DNA of 64,000 bases, taken from the NCBI GenBank assembly GCA_020348925.1, contig CP070758.1, forward strand, positions 186,001-250,000, in the 5' to 3' direction. The position numbers and the translations under genes are program-made. How positions within the stretch are numbered: position 1 is the stretch's first letter; each line of letters begins with the position of its first letter. Shown one piece after another: positions 43,162-53,259 of this stretch. A model generated the notes under the pieces. It was given only the letters and a program-made list of their open reading frames with translations, was not told where the DNA came from and searched no databases. Source of the stretch: Gemmatimonadota bacterium (GTDB taxonomy: Bacteria > JBHIER01 > G020348925).

Positions 43162-45663
43162 ATGAAGCATATATTTCCAAGAATATCGGGTACACTTTTA
43201 TTATGGGCAGGAGGAATGGTTTCGATTTTCATGCTGGCTCCCGTTTTCTCCACATCCCAGGTTACCCAACTCACACATGATCCGGAATGGGCGAAACATC
43301 CTGTTCGGTCACCGGACGGCTCGGCAATAGCCCTTGCGTCAGACGAAGTGATACATCTTGAGCACGATGATCAATTCACCCGAATCTATGAGGGTGATCT
43401 CGTCACCGACGGCGGCAGCTCACAAGGCGTGAGCTGGATCGATTACGACAACGACGGCTATCTGGATCTGTTCGTCAGTAATCTGATCTGGCCCACCGGT
43501 CAGGACAACTGGTTATATCATAATAACGGCGACGAAACTTTCAGTAAAATCACTGAGGGAGATATCACCCATGACGGTGGTCTATCGCGGACCAGCACCT
43601 GGGGCGATTGCGACAACGACGGCGATCCGGACTGCTTCGTATCGAACTGGCCGGATGAACGCAACTTTCTCTATCTCAACGACGGCCATGGCACCTTCAC
43701 AAAGGTCACTACGGGGGAAATAGTCAATGAAAACAGGGGTTCCCCGGCCGCCGCTTGGGCCGATTACGACAACGACGGCGACCTGGACCTCTTTGTGGCC
43801 AATTACGGTCCAAATTCCCTGTTTCGAAATGACGGTGAAGGATTTACCAAAATCACGAGTGGGGATATCGCGACCGATGTCAGTGATTCGTACAGCGCAG
43901 CCTGGGGTGATTACGACAACGACGGCGACCTCGATCTCTTTGTGACCTCCAACTACGGAAACCTGAATAACTATTTCTATAAAAATAACGGGGACGGGAC
44001 CTTCGAAAAAGTCACCGGTCAGAATATTGTCAGCGACGGCGGAGAATCCTTTGGTGGCAGCTGGGGTGATTACGACAACGACGGTGATCTGGATCTCTTT
44101 GTGCCGAACATCTCGTACTCGACCGACGGCAACAATTTCCTGTACAACAATAATAGTGACGGAACTTTCACCAGAATCACGCAGGGCGACATCGTCAATG
44201 ACGGCGGATACTCCTTCGGCAGTGCCTGGGGCGATTACGATAATGACGGCGACCTGGATCTGTTCGTGTCGAACTATCCCGATGGGGGACAAAGCCGAGA
44301 CTTCCTTTACGAAAACAATGGGGGTGGGACCTTCTCAGGCGTAACGGGTGAAGGAGTCGTTACCGATGAAGGAGCCTCATACGGGGCCGCCTGGGGTGAT
44401 TACGATCGGGACGGCGATCTGGATCTGTTCGTCGCCAAATTCGCGGATCAAAACGAGAACAATACCCTCTACCAGAACAATGGGAGTAATAATAACTGGA
44501 TCAATATAAAATGTGTGGGAACGATTTCAAACACTTCGGCCATCGGGGCAAAGGTTCGCATCAAAGCGTTCATTTACGGCACTCCTACTTGGCAGCTCCG
44601 TGAGATCTCAGCACAAACAGGATACTGCAGCCAAAACAGCCTCAATGCTCATTTTGGTTTGGCTGACGCGACATTAATCGACTCAATCAAGATCGAATGG
44701 CCCAGCGGTACGGTTGATATCCTGACCGATATCGATGTCAACCAATTTGTAATCATAACAGAAGGTGAGTGCGGTGATTTGGATGGAGATGGCATTGCCG
44801 ATGGAAACGACAACTGTCCCAATAATCCCAATCCTGATCAAGAAGATAACGATGCCGATGGTGCAGGCGATATCTGCGACAACTGTCCGGACGACGCCAA
44901 TCCGGATCAAGCCGATGCTGACAGCGACGACACCGGTGACGCCTGTGACCTTTGCACCGACACTGACGGTGACGGTTACGGCGATCCCGGCTATCCGGCC
45001 AACACGTGCCAGGAGGACAACTGTCCGACCGTCCATAACCCGGATCAGGCTCAGGCCGAACAGGGCAACATCAACTGCGATTCCGGTATCAACGTCCTGG
45101 ATGTACTGGCCGCCATCAACCACATCTTGGGTATAACGCCCCTGATCGGTGCTCCTCTCGACAGAGCCGACTGCAACGGTGATGGAGGCGTCGATATTTT
45201 GGATGCCTTGGGTATTATCAATGTCATCCTGGGTACAGGTGAGTGTGCCCCAAATTCTCTGAAACCGCTCGTCACTCCTGAAGTCATTCGGTTCTGCGAG
45301 TCCCTTGAGCCCTATCTCCTTTCTGAAGAGTTCGCCCTGTTCATGTCTCTGGTGAAAGCTGAGTACCAGACTCCTGACGGGTACTATCTCTCCCAGAACT
45401 ATCCCAATCCCTTCAATCCGCATACAGAAATGAGATATCAGATCCCAGATGTGAGATTGCCCGACCACACCACCCTGAAGATTTACAACATTCTTGGACA
45501 GGAGGTGCAGACGTTGATCGATGAGGTCCAGGAACCGGGTTATTACACTGTCATATGGGATGGTACGGATGAGAGAGGTCAAAAGGTGAATTCAGGTGTG
45601 TACTTCTATCGGTTAACAGCGAAGAACTATTGTCAGACAAGAAAAATGTTGCTCGTAAAATAA
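43162..45663 (+). CDS. Secreted FG-GAP + ASPIC/UnbV + TSP3 + dockerin + C-terminal sorting domain
   Basis: Seven [14 protein letters not shown]-type repeats, HFGL..IEWPSG, dockerin, NYPNPFNP. Confidence 0.9.
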   Translation: MKHIFPRISGTLLLWAGGMVSIFMLAPVFSTSQVTQLTHDPEWAKHPVRSPDGSAIALASDEVIHLEHDDQFTRIYEGDLVTDGGSSQGVSWIDYDNDGYLDLFVSNLIWPTGQDNWLYHNNGDETFSKITEGDITHDGGLSRTSTWGDCDNDGDPDCFVSNWPDERNFLYLNDGHGTFTKVTTGEIVNENRGSPAAAWADYDNDGDLDLFVANYGPNSLFRNDGEGFTKITSGDIATDVSDSYSAAWGDYDNDGDLDLFVTSNYGNLNNYFYKNNGDGTFEKVTGQNIVSDGGESFGGSWGDYDNDGDLDLFVPNISYSTDGNNFLYNNNSDGTFTRITQGDIVNDGGYSFGSAWGDYDNDGDLDLFVSNYPDGGQSRDFLYENNGGGTFSGVTGEGVVTDEGASYGAAWGDYDRDGDLDLFVAKFADQNENNTLYQNNGSNNNWINIKCVGTISNTSAIGAKVRIKAFIYGTPTWQLREISAQTGYCSQNSLNAHFGLADATLIDSIKIEWPSGTVDILTDIDVNQFVIITEGECGDLDGDGIADGNDNCPNNPNPDQEDNDADGAGDICDNCPDDANPDQADADSDDTGDACDLCTDTDGDGYGDPGYPANTCQEDNCPTVHNPDQAQAEQGNINCDSGINVLDVLAAINHILGITPLIGAPLDRADCNGDGGVDILDALGIINVILGTGECAPNSLKPLVTPEVIRFCESLEPYLLSEEFALFMSLVKAEYQTPDGYYLSQNYPNPFNPHTEMRYQIPDVRLPDHTTLKIYNILGQEVQTLIDEVQEPGYYTVIWDGTDERGQKVNSGVYFYRLTAKNYCQTRKMLLVK

Positions 45664-45714
45664 TTCAGGGAGGATGGGCGCACTTAAAACCTTTGCACCC
45701 GAAAGGAGGAGACC

Positions 45715-48072
45715 ATGAGAAAGGCATTCATTTTTATGCTGTTCTCAGTTGCTTTGACCTCAGCTATCCTGGGCGAAGCGCAAGCCGCCCAGCGAATGGT
45801 TCTGGCCGAGCTCTTCGCCAACAACTCTTGAGTACCTTGTGGCGTAGCGGCCCCCCGTGTGAGGGTCCTTGAAGAAAATTATCCCGAAATCCTGACTATG
45901 ATTCAGTATCACCCTTGGTGGCCAGATTCCTCCGAAGTTTTCTACGTGGCCAATAGGCATGAAAATCGCGCCCGAAATATGTATTACGACAACGAATTTT
46001 TACCCCACCTTTTTCTTGACGGATTCATTGACGCCAGTAATGACCCGGGGGACGACACCTGGTTCAACATGGTCACCGACAGGGCTCAGGTGGAGAGTCC
46101 CCTTGAGATGAACCTTGAAATCGATTTTGACGGATCGGGCGGCACCGTGTACGCTCACATCACCGCCGAGGAGGCCATTACTCAATCCGATCCGGTGATC
46201 CACTTTGTTCTCACCGAATCGGAAATCGAACATGAGGCGCCCAACGGTATCTCTCTCCATCACAACATCATGCGCAAAATGCTCCCGGACGAGAAGGGTG
46301 AATCTTTCACGATCCAGGCGGGCCAGTCACTCAATCTCTCACGAGAATTCATTCTCCAGCCCGAATGGGTGCCTGAGAGCTGCGCTTTTGTTGTTTTCAT
46401 TCAGGATAATGTGACCGGCGAAGTGCTCCAGGCAGCGAGGTCGAGGATTTTCACTTCGATCTCGATGATGACTTACAGTCTCACCGAGCCGGATGGAGAT
46501 GGTGATGGAAATTTCGAGCCCGGGGAAACCGTACATCTATTCCTCTCCCTGATGAACTTCGGCCCTCTCGCTACGGATGTTTCGGTTCTCTTGACTTGTG
46601 ATGATCCGGATATCTCACTTCTGACGAGTGGAATTCAGTTTGAAGATATCCCCCTCAACACCACAATGGACAACTCTGCTTTCCCCCTCATTTTCCAGAT
46701 CGACCAGTCCGTCGGGGCCCACTATACGACTCTGACTGCTGAAGTGACGGCCAATGGTGGGCAGGTTTCATTTCAGGAGAGCATCGAAATTCTTGTGGGA
46801 AAACCCGAAATCCTCATCGTGAACGACGATCACCTTCCTCCTCCCTACTCCTGGGACTATGATGCCGAGGGCTTGTACCGAAGGGCCCTTGACGACAGAG
46901 GCGAAACCTATCACGTCTGGAATACGCAGGTATCCGGTACGCCGGAGGGATACCTGCTGCAGGAGTATGAGATCGTAATCTGGTTCACGAGTGTGTCTGA
47001 CTTCACTCTGAATACGGAGGATGAAGCTGCTCTGACATCATTCCTGGACTCAGGCGGTCGTCTCATCATCAGCGGCGAGGACATTGGCGCTGATCTGGCA
47101 TCCTCAGACTTTCTGAGCGAACACCTTCATGCCCAGCTCATGAGCGACAACAGCAGCAATCCCATTCTCTCCGGAGTACAGGGAGACGTCATCAGCGGGA
47201 ACGTATCCTTCATGTCCATCAACGGCATCGAGGGGGTGAATAATCGCCCTGACGTGATTGGGCCGCTCTCAGGGGCCACGCCGTTTTTCACCTACGGTGT
47301 CTCAGGTGAGCCGGCCGCCATTCGGTACGGAGGTGACTACAAAGTTGTCTATTTTGCCTTCGGTTTCGAGGGCATTTTGGACTTCTATAACGCGGAGAAC
47401 AGTTCTACCCTGAGAGCCGATCTCATGCAAAACACACTGAACTGGCTGAGACAGGAGTTTACACCCCAGGTCGGTGATGTGAACGAGGACAGTGCAGTCG
47501 ACATACTCGACGTGTTGTGGGTGGTGAACATCGTCCTTGGGATAGACGTACCAACATCCGGACAGGAGTGGGCAGCCGACTGCAACGGCGACGGGGGAAT
47601 CGACATCTTAGACGCATTGGGCATTATTAACGTGATTCTCGGGACGGGCGCATGCTCCTCGACAACTGTGAAACCAACACTCACATTTGAAGTTATGCAG
47701 TTTTGTCAATCGTTGAAATCGTACCTCTCCCATGAGGAATTTGATCGGTTCATGACTTTGATCAAGGGAAATGCGCAGGTTCCAGTTGAGTTCCACCTTG
47801 CTCAGAACTATCCCAATCCCTTCAACACCAACACAGAGATCAAATTTCAGATACCGGTTGAAACATCCATGCCGCACGTTACACTAATTGTCTATAACCT
47901 TCTCGGTCAGGAGATAAAAACCTTGGTGAACGGGTTGAAGGAACCGGGTGTTCACACTGTGACCTGGGATGGGAAGGATAACTTTGGAAGCGGTGTTTCC
48001 AGCGGTATGTATTTCTATCGCTTCAAAGTGGGCAAATTCATGGCCATGAGGCGCATGATACTGTTGAAGTAA
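45715..48072 (+). CDS. Omp28-like thioredoxin-fold secreted protein with in-frame TGA (probable selenocysteine, UxxC) + dockerin + C-terminal sorting domain
   Basis: AAAGGAGG RBS, ATG 45715, signal peptide MRKAFIFMLFSVALTSAILGEAQA, then QRMVLAELFANNS-TGA-VPC, in frame with ORF 45859-48072 (IQYH, R..YY....P....DG, VLTES, HHNIMRKML, VVFIQD...EVLQA). Confidence 0.82.
45832..45868 (+). promoter_or_regulatory. Candidate bacterial SECIS element
   Basis: Stem GGCCC (45849-53) / GGGTC (45863-67) with apical CGTGT loop about 25 nt after the TGA. Confidence 0.5.
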
Positions 48073-48133
48073 GGATCAATTCATTGAAGCCGAAGCACGG
48101 GGATCTTACAAAGAACAGACCTGACAAAACCGA

Positions 48134-49201
48134 ATGAACAACAGATCCAACACAAAATTAGTCCACGCATTGGATCCAGGGGTAATAACCACACTCCCGG
48201 GGCGGAGACCTTTCGTGAGGAGGGAATTCTTAATAAAGCTCTTCATTTTCTCCTCCATATTCGTACTGAGTGTGGACACGCTTTATAAATATTACCACGG
48301 TATAACCTATTTGAAGAGAGAAGATTGCATCCTCTATGCGATACTTCCGAAGTGGGCTTTCATTCTCTTCGAACACTTCATCGAACTCATCCTTATCGTG
48401 GTCGTCGCCATTTTCGCGGCGGCCATCATCGAAAAATACTTCATCAGATTGAAGAAATTCATCCCAAAAAACACGCTCTCAGCCTTTATCTATGCCTCGG
48501 TCATACCGGTCTGTTCCTGCAGCGCCATTCCTCTCGTGCCGGCCATGAAAGACAAGCTCCCTTTTCGGGCCATCATCACCTTTGTCGTTGCAGCACCTCT
48601 TTTGAATCCGTACATCATTATGCTTTCAGTGACTGTTTTGGGATTACGATACGCCCTGGTGAGGATTTTTTGCTCGTTCATTCTTGCAGTGGCCTCCGGA
48701 TATATAGCAGAGATGCTGTACAGGCGAATGAAACATCAGGAGCTTGGTGTCTGGAACGGCTGTCATACCAGAGAAAACTGCATGGCGGAAGGGAAAAGTG
48801 TTTATGAAGATACGTTCATGATCTTCAAAAAAATCTTTCCCTTCCTGATCGTTGCCGGCGTTCTGAGTGCTGTTTTCGACCAGTTTGTTCCAAGGCATCT
48901 CTTTGACAATTACGATCTGAGTAATCATTTCCTCGGAACCGGTCTCGTCATCCTCATTGGAGTACCCGTCTATTTCTGCAACGGCGCAGATGTTCTGTTC
49001 TTGCAGCCACTATTGCAATACAGCCACTTGCCTCTCGGAACAGCTATGGCCTTCTCTCTCACCTCGACCTCTGTCTGCATCTCATCACTGATCCTGCTGA
49101 TTAAATTTATCGGGAAAAAACTCACCTTAACCATTTTAGCCAGTGTTGTCATCATAACCTTCTTGTTGAGCCTCGGAATCCAACTCATCTCAATGGTATA
49201 A
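48134..49201 (+). CDS. DUF318 family permease
   Basis: PVCSCSAIP, AAPLLNP, PVYFCNGAD; multiple TM segments; start uncertain. Confidence 0.8.
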   Translation: MNNRSNTKLVHALDPGVITTLPGRRPFVRREFLIKLFIFSSIFVLSVDTLYKYYHGITYLKREDCILYAILPKWAFILFEHFIELILIVVVAIFAAAIIEKYFIRLKKFIPKNTLSAFIYASVIPVCSCSAIPLVPAMKDKLPFRAIITFVVAAPLLNPYIIMLSVTVLGLRYALVRIFCSFILAVASGYIAEMLYRRMKHQELGVWNGCHTRENCMAEGKSVYEDTFMIFKKIFPFLIVAGVLSAVFDQFVPRHLFDNYDLSNHFLGTGLVILIGVPVYFCNGADVLFLQPLLQYSHLPLGTAMAFSLTSTSVCISSLILLIKFIGKKLTLTILASVVIITFLLSLGIQLISMV

Positions 49202-49571
49202 TCGACGGACGTTTTGATCGCCCGGTTTACGTATGCCGGGCAAATATAGTTACACGTATATATATCCCTACTCTGTTCTGTCCTAATACCTCCCAAAGGA
49301 AATCCCTATACGATCAAGATTAAGATACCAGTTTCGTCCTTCGGCGACGCTCTTTATCTTTTATAACGTAACCGTTTGACGTAACCGAAACGGGCCACGT
49401 TGAATGATCTGTCTGGTTAATATCATCTTAAAGAAGGCATCCCATGGTTCATCACATTCGCACCTATTGCATGGTCATTCCTTATTCTACGGGGCAGGCA
49501 TCGTAACCGTAACCTTAACCCTATCCCTAAATGTGCATCCGTGGCAAAGAATACGGATAAAAAGAAACTCC

Positions 49572-49600
49572 TTGACTTTACATCCAAAAAAGGATATTTT
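49572..49600 (+). promoter_or_regulatory. Putative sigma70 promoter of the tup/moe operon
   Basis: TTGACT-17bp-TATTTT just upstream of the riboswitch. Confidence 0.6.
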
Positions 49601-49614
49601 AAGGTTTCGAAAAT

Positions 49615-49710
49615 ATCTCAGAGCCATTGTGTCTAAAGGACTTCCATGATACGATGGCCGACAGGGCAGATGGGGGAAACTCCGCTGCCTCCCGTGTTTG
49701 GAAAGGAGAT
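49615..49710 (+). ncRNA. Moco/Tuco riboswitch (Moco RNA motif)
   Basis: ATCTC/GAGAT P1; GCCATTGTGTC-TAAAGG..-GATACGATGGC P2; GGCAG..GGAAAC..CTGCC P4; conserved GCCTCCCGT..TTTGGAAAGGAG; upstream of tup/moe/moa genes. Confidence 0.88.
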
Positions 49711-49726
49711 GCGAAGGGATAAAGTC

Positions 49727-49756
49727 AGCGCCTGTAGAACACGGGCGCTTTTTTTG
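49727..49756 (+). terminator. Riboswitch expression-platform terminator
   Basis: AGCGCCTGT-AGAAC-ACGGGCGCT followed by a T tract. Confidence 0.8.
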
Positions 49757-49778
49757 TTACCCAATATTATCAGGTTCT

Positions 49779-50471
49779 ATGCAGTATCTATTTGAGGGCA
49801 TTGCCAAAGCACTAAGTTTGATCTCATCTCTGGACCCGGAAGTCCTCTCAGCTGTCTGGGTTTCGCTCCGGACCTCTGTCACTGCTATTGCTTTCGCTTC
49901 CCTGATCGGAGTTCCTATCGGATTCTTAGTGGCGACACACAATTTTCGGGGTAAGCGACCGGTTGTCTTACTACTGAACACGCTCATGGCACTCCCGACT
50001 GTTGTCGTCGGCCTGATCGTGTACTCTTTCCTGTCACGTCAAGGTCCTCTGGGACCACTCGGATTGCTCTATACACCCTCAGCCATGGTCGTGGGGCAGT
50101 TCATTCTGGCCACTCCCATTGTGGCAGCCCTCACACTCACGGCGGTTCAGGGCATAGACCCAAGGGTTCGCCAAACAGCAGTCACTTTGGGAGCAAATCG
50201 ACTCCAACTGGCAATGACGATGACTTCCGAGGCTCGATTTGCGATTACGGCGGCTATTATTGCCGGCTTTGGACGCATCATCGCTGAAGTCGGCTCAGCC
50301 ATGATGCTCGGCGGAAATATTAGGGGCTACACCAGAACCATGACCACAACTATAGCCCTCGAGACGAGCAAGGGCGAATTCGCTCTCGGAATTGCCCTCG
50401 GAGTTATTCTATTGATCGTTGCCTTCACTGTAAACATCCTTTTTCAAGCGTTGCAGAGGCGAGGGATATGA
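49779..50471 (+). CDS. tupB: Tungstate ABC transporter permease
   Basis: NTLMALPTVVVGL..Y..LSR.GPLG, EVGSAMMLGGNIRGYTRTMTT.IALETSKG. Confidence 0.88.
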   Translation: MQYLFEGIAKALSLISSLDPEVLSAVWVSLRTSVTAIAFASLIGVPIGFLVATHNFRGKRPVVLLLNTLMALPTVVVGLIVYSFLSRQGPLGPLGLLYTPSAMVVGQFILATPIVAALTLTAVQGIDPRVRQTAVTLGANRLQLAMTMTSEARFAITAAIIAGFGRIIAEVGSAMMLGGNIRGYTRTMTTTIALETSKGEFALGIALGVILLIVAFTVNILFQALQRRGI

Positions 50472-51484
50472 ATCAAGGACCAATACTTGAACTTCTCAAC
50501 GTCAAGCACAGCTATAACCGACGCATCGTTCTCGACATACCCGACATGTCCTTTCAGTCAGGTGGGCTCTATGGAGTCGTCGGTCCCAATGGTGCAGGAA
50601 AGACGACCCTGCTGAAAATATTGAGTTTCCTCGAGGAACCGAGAGAGGGCAGCATCCGATTCGAGGGACAGTTCGTGAATTTCTCGGAGAACGGACTCAA
50701 TTCTTTACGGCGGCAGACGACGCTCGTTATGCAGGACCCGCTCCTCTTTCACAATACGGTCCTGAAGAACGTAGCCTACGGATTATGGGTGAGAGGTGTT
50801 GAGAAATCCGAGAGGATGAGACGGGCCCTGAAAGTTCTGGACACCGTCGGCTTGACTCGATACGCCGACCAGAAAGCACAGAACCTTTCCGGTGGCGAGA
50901 TCCAGCGCGTCGCCATCGCCCGTGCCCTGGCCACCAATCCTAAAGTACTTCTTCTGGACGAACCCACGGCCAATCTCGATCGACCCCACACCTCCTCCAT
51001 CATAGATACGCTTCGGGATATTAATACACAGTTCGGAACAACCATTATCCTGGCCACCCACAATTTGAGACAGGCGTACGGCTTTTCCAATGACGTCATA
51101 TCCCTGTTGGACGGGCGTTCCGTCGGAAGTCATCCGGATAATCTCTTCCAAGGTAAAATTGTCGAACAAAACGGCCGAACCTGGTTATCGATCGACGATA
51201 GTTACGGCTTTTATATTGTCTCCGATCGACGCGGCCCGGCGTACGCCTCGGTAGATCCGAAGGAGATCATAGTTTCACGGGAACCTTTTGATTCCAGTGC
51301 CCTCAATTGCCTGCACGGGAAAATCGTCGGCCTTCATCAGGAGGGGTCCCTGATCCGACTCACAGTTGATACCGGAGTGCCCTTCGTCTCGTTGATCACG
51401 ATGACGTCTTTTGAAGAAATGCAACTGAATATCAACACGACTGTCTATCTCACGTTCAAGGCAGCCTCCGTCGAGGTCTATTAA
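50468..51484 (+). CDS. tupC: Tungstate/molybdate ABC ATP-binding protein with C-terminal TOBE domain
   Basis: GPNGAGKT, LSGGE, LLLDEPT; TOBE motif SALN..G.I...FKA. Confidence 0.82.
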   Translation: MNQGPILELLNVKHSYNRRIVLDIPDMSFQSGGLYGVVGPNGAGKTTLLKILSFLEEPREGSIRFEGQFVNFSENGLNSLRRQTTLVMQDPLLFHNTVLKNVAYGLWVRGVEKSERMRRALKVLDTVGLTRYADQKAQNLSGGEIQRVAIARALATNPKVLLLDEPTANLDRPHTSSIIDTLRDINTQFGTTIILATHNLRQAYGFSNDVISLLDGRSVGSHPDNLFQGKIVEQNGRTWLSIDDSYGFYIVSDRRGPAYASVDPKEIIVSREPFDSSALNCLHGKIVGLHQEGSLIRLTVDTGVPFVSLITMTSFEEMQLNINTTVYLTFKAASVEVY

Positions 51485-51522
51485 TATGACATCTCGGAAA
51501 TTCTACGATTTACGAGATGTAT

Positions 51523-51657
51523 CAGGGGGTTTGGGGGAAAGGATGCGCTTTCCCCCAAGGGGCAACAGGATTTCGATGTGAGCTGGTGGAGCATCGAAAT
51601 CCGCCATAGGGGCGAAAGCCCCTTGGGAACGTTGCGAGCAAAGCGAGCTCAGTTCGA
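51523..51657. repeat. Multi-hairpin intergenic element
   Basis: TTGGGGGAAAG/CTTTCCCCCAA, GGATTTCGATG/CATCGAAATCC and AGGGGC-GAAA-GCCCCT hairpins. Confidence 0.55.
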
Positions 51658-51718
51658 TTATGAGCCACAGAGACGCGGAGACACGGATATAAACAAGAAA
51701 CAATTTTGAGGAAAATCC

Positions 51719-52948
51719 ATGGCACCCTTTTGGAAGGTTATTACGAGGGAAGAAGCGGAGCAACTATACGCAGACATTAAACCGCTGGAGTCGGAGCGGG
51801 TACACATTCAGTATTGTTTGGACCGAGTCTTGGGAGAGGACATCATTTCAGAGGTTGACGTCCCACATTTCCCCCGATCAAACATGGACGGCTACGCCGT
51901 TCGAGCGGAGGACACGTACGGAGCCTCGGAAAGCTCACCCATAACTTTGAAGATCGTAGGTAAGGTGGACATGGGAAAGGTAGCAGACCTTTCCATCTCG
52001 CCTGGAGAAGTGGCTCACATCGCCACAGGCGGAATGCTTCCTGAGGGAGCGGATGCCATGGTCATGGTGGAATATACGGAGGCTCCTGAGAATGATAGGG
52101 TAGCCATCAAGAGGGCCGTAGCACCTGGAGAGCATATCGTCTCAATCGGAGAGGATATAAAGCGTGGTCAACTCCTGTTGAAAAAAGGCAACCGGCTGAG
52201 GGCCCAGGATATTGGGGTTTTAGCCGCTGTTGGTGTAACGGAGGTGGCAGTACATCGCCGGCCCCGCGTTGGTATTCTTTCCACCGGGGATGAGATTGTG
52301 CCTCCTGAGGTGGAACCGAAACCCGGACAAGTGAGGGGCACGAATATCTATACATTATCGGCTTTGACAGTGAAGTTCGGTGGTGAGCCCATCGACTTCG
52401 GGATCGTTCGTGATGAATTCGAGACGTTGAAGGAAAAAATAGCCGCGGCAATCCAGTCGTGCGACATCGTCGCCATTTCGGGTGGCAGCTCCGTGGGGAC
52501 CCAGGATATTACATTATGCGTCATCAAATCCTTTGAGGCAAAAGGAATTCTGGCTCACGGCGTCGCCATCCGGCCGGGAAAACCGACGATTCAGGCTCTG
52601 GTCAGTGGGAAACCTGTGATCGGACTGCCAGGCCATCCGGTCTCGGCAGCCGTCGTTTACGGGCTCTTGGTGAAGCCCATCATTTACCGACTGACAGGCG
52701 CGTCGGAGAACCTTTCCGAGCAAGCCGCGATTCGGGCCAGGCTGTCCCAAAACGTCCCCTCCCCCTCGGGCCGGGAGGATTACGTGAGAGTAACTTTGAG
52801 GCGTGAGGGAGACCTGTGGTGGGCGGACCCGATTTTCGGGAAATCGGGCGCCATAACGACCCTCACGAAAGCGGATGGACTCGTGAAAATCGACCTCGAA
52901 CTCGAGGGACTGGAGGAGGGCCAATGGGTCGAGGTGAAACCCTTTTAG
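51719..52948 (+). CDS. moeA: Molybdopterin molybdenum/tungsten transferase, paralogue 1
   Basis: SNMDGYAV, IATGG.LP.GADA, STGDE, SGGSSVG, RPGKP, GLPGHPVS. Confidence 0.95.
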   Translation: MAPFWKVITREEAEQLYADIKPLESERVHIQYCLDRVLGEDIISEVDVPHFPRSNMDGYAVRAEDTYGASESSPITLKIVGKVDMGKVADLSISPGEVAHIATGGMLPEGADAMVMVEYTEAPENDRVAIKRAVAPGEHIVSIGEDIKRGQLLLKKGNRLRAQDIGVLAAVGVTEVAVHRRPRVGILSTGDEIVPPEVEPKPGQVRGTNIYTLSALTVKFGGEPIDFGIVRDEFETLKEKIAAAIQSCDIVAISGGSSVGTQDITLCVIKSFEAKGILAHGVAIRPGKPTIQALVSGKPVIGLPGHPVSAAVVYGLLVKPIIYRLTGASENLSEQAAIRARLSQNVPSPSGREDYVRVTLRREGDLWWADPIFGKSGAITTLTKADGLVKIDLELEGLEEGQWVEVKPF

Positions 52949-53012
52949 TCTGGAGGTTCGCCACAGAGATGCAGAGACACAGGGCCTGAATAATGCGTAA
53001 ATACAAACAGAA

Positions 53013-53099
53013 GCTGTCATTCCTGCGCATGCAGGAATCTCCTCGATTTTTACAACAGACTCTCAATGAAGGAGATTCCGGGATAAACCCGGAATGACA
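53013..53099. repeat. Palindromic repeat family B, copy 2
   Basis: GTCATTCC...GGAGATTCCGGGATAAACCCGGAATGAC; inverted homologue of 9871-9960. Confidence 0.8.
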
Positions 53100-53114
53100 T
53101 AGCACAGAATGTCT

Positions 53115-53166
53115 CTCGTTCCCAAACTCTGTTTGGGAACGTAAATGCTCAAGGAAACTCCGTTTC
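53115..53166. repeat. REP-like palindrome
   Basis: CGTTCCCAAAC-TCT-GTTTGGGAACG, then GAAAC-TCC-GTTTC. Confidence 0.6.
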
Positions 53167-53259
53167 CGTTTCAATACAACTCCCAGATCGGAATCTGGAA
53201 GAGAGCATTAAAGGAAATTCGTATACGACACACTTAGAAAGTAAAGAAAGGTACAGAAG

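Noticed and set aside
36240-44460. Regular DNA repeats resembling CRISPR or DGR repeats
   Set aside because: They are in-frame protein repeats (SBBP, FG-GAP, TSP3); no cas or reverse transcriptase gene, and no adenine-specific mismatch pattern seen
45829-45831. Genome-wide TGA recoding to Trp/Gly
   Set aside because: TGA is the normal stop of lpxB, nadB, arsR and others in this window
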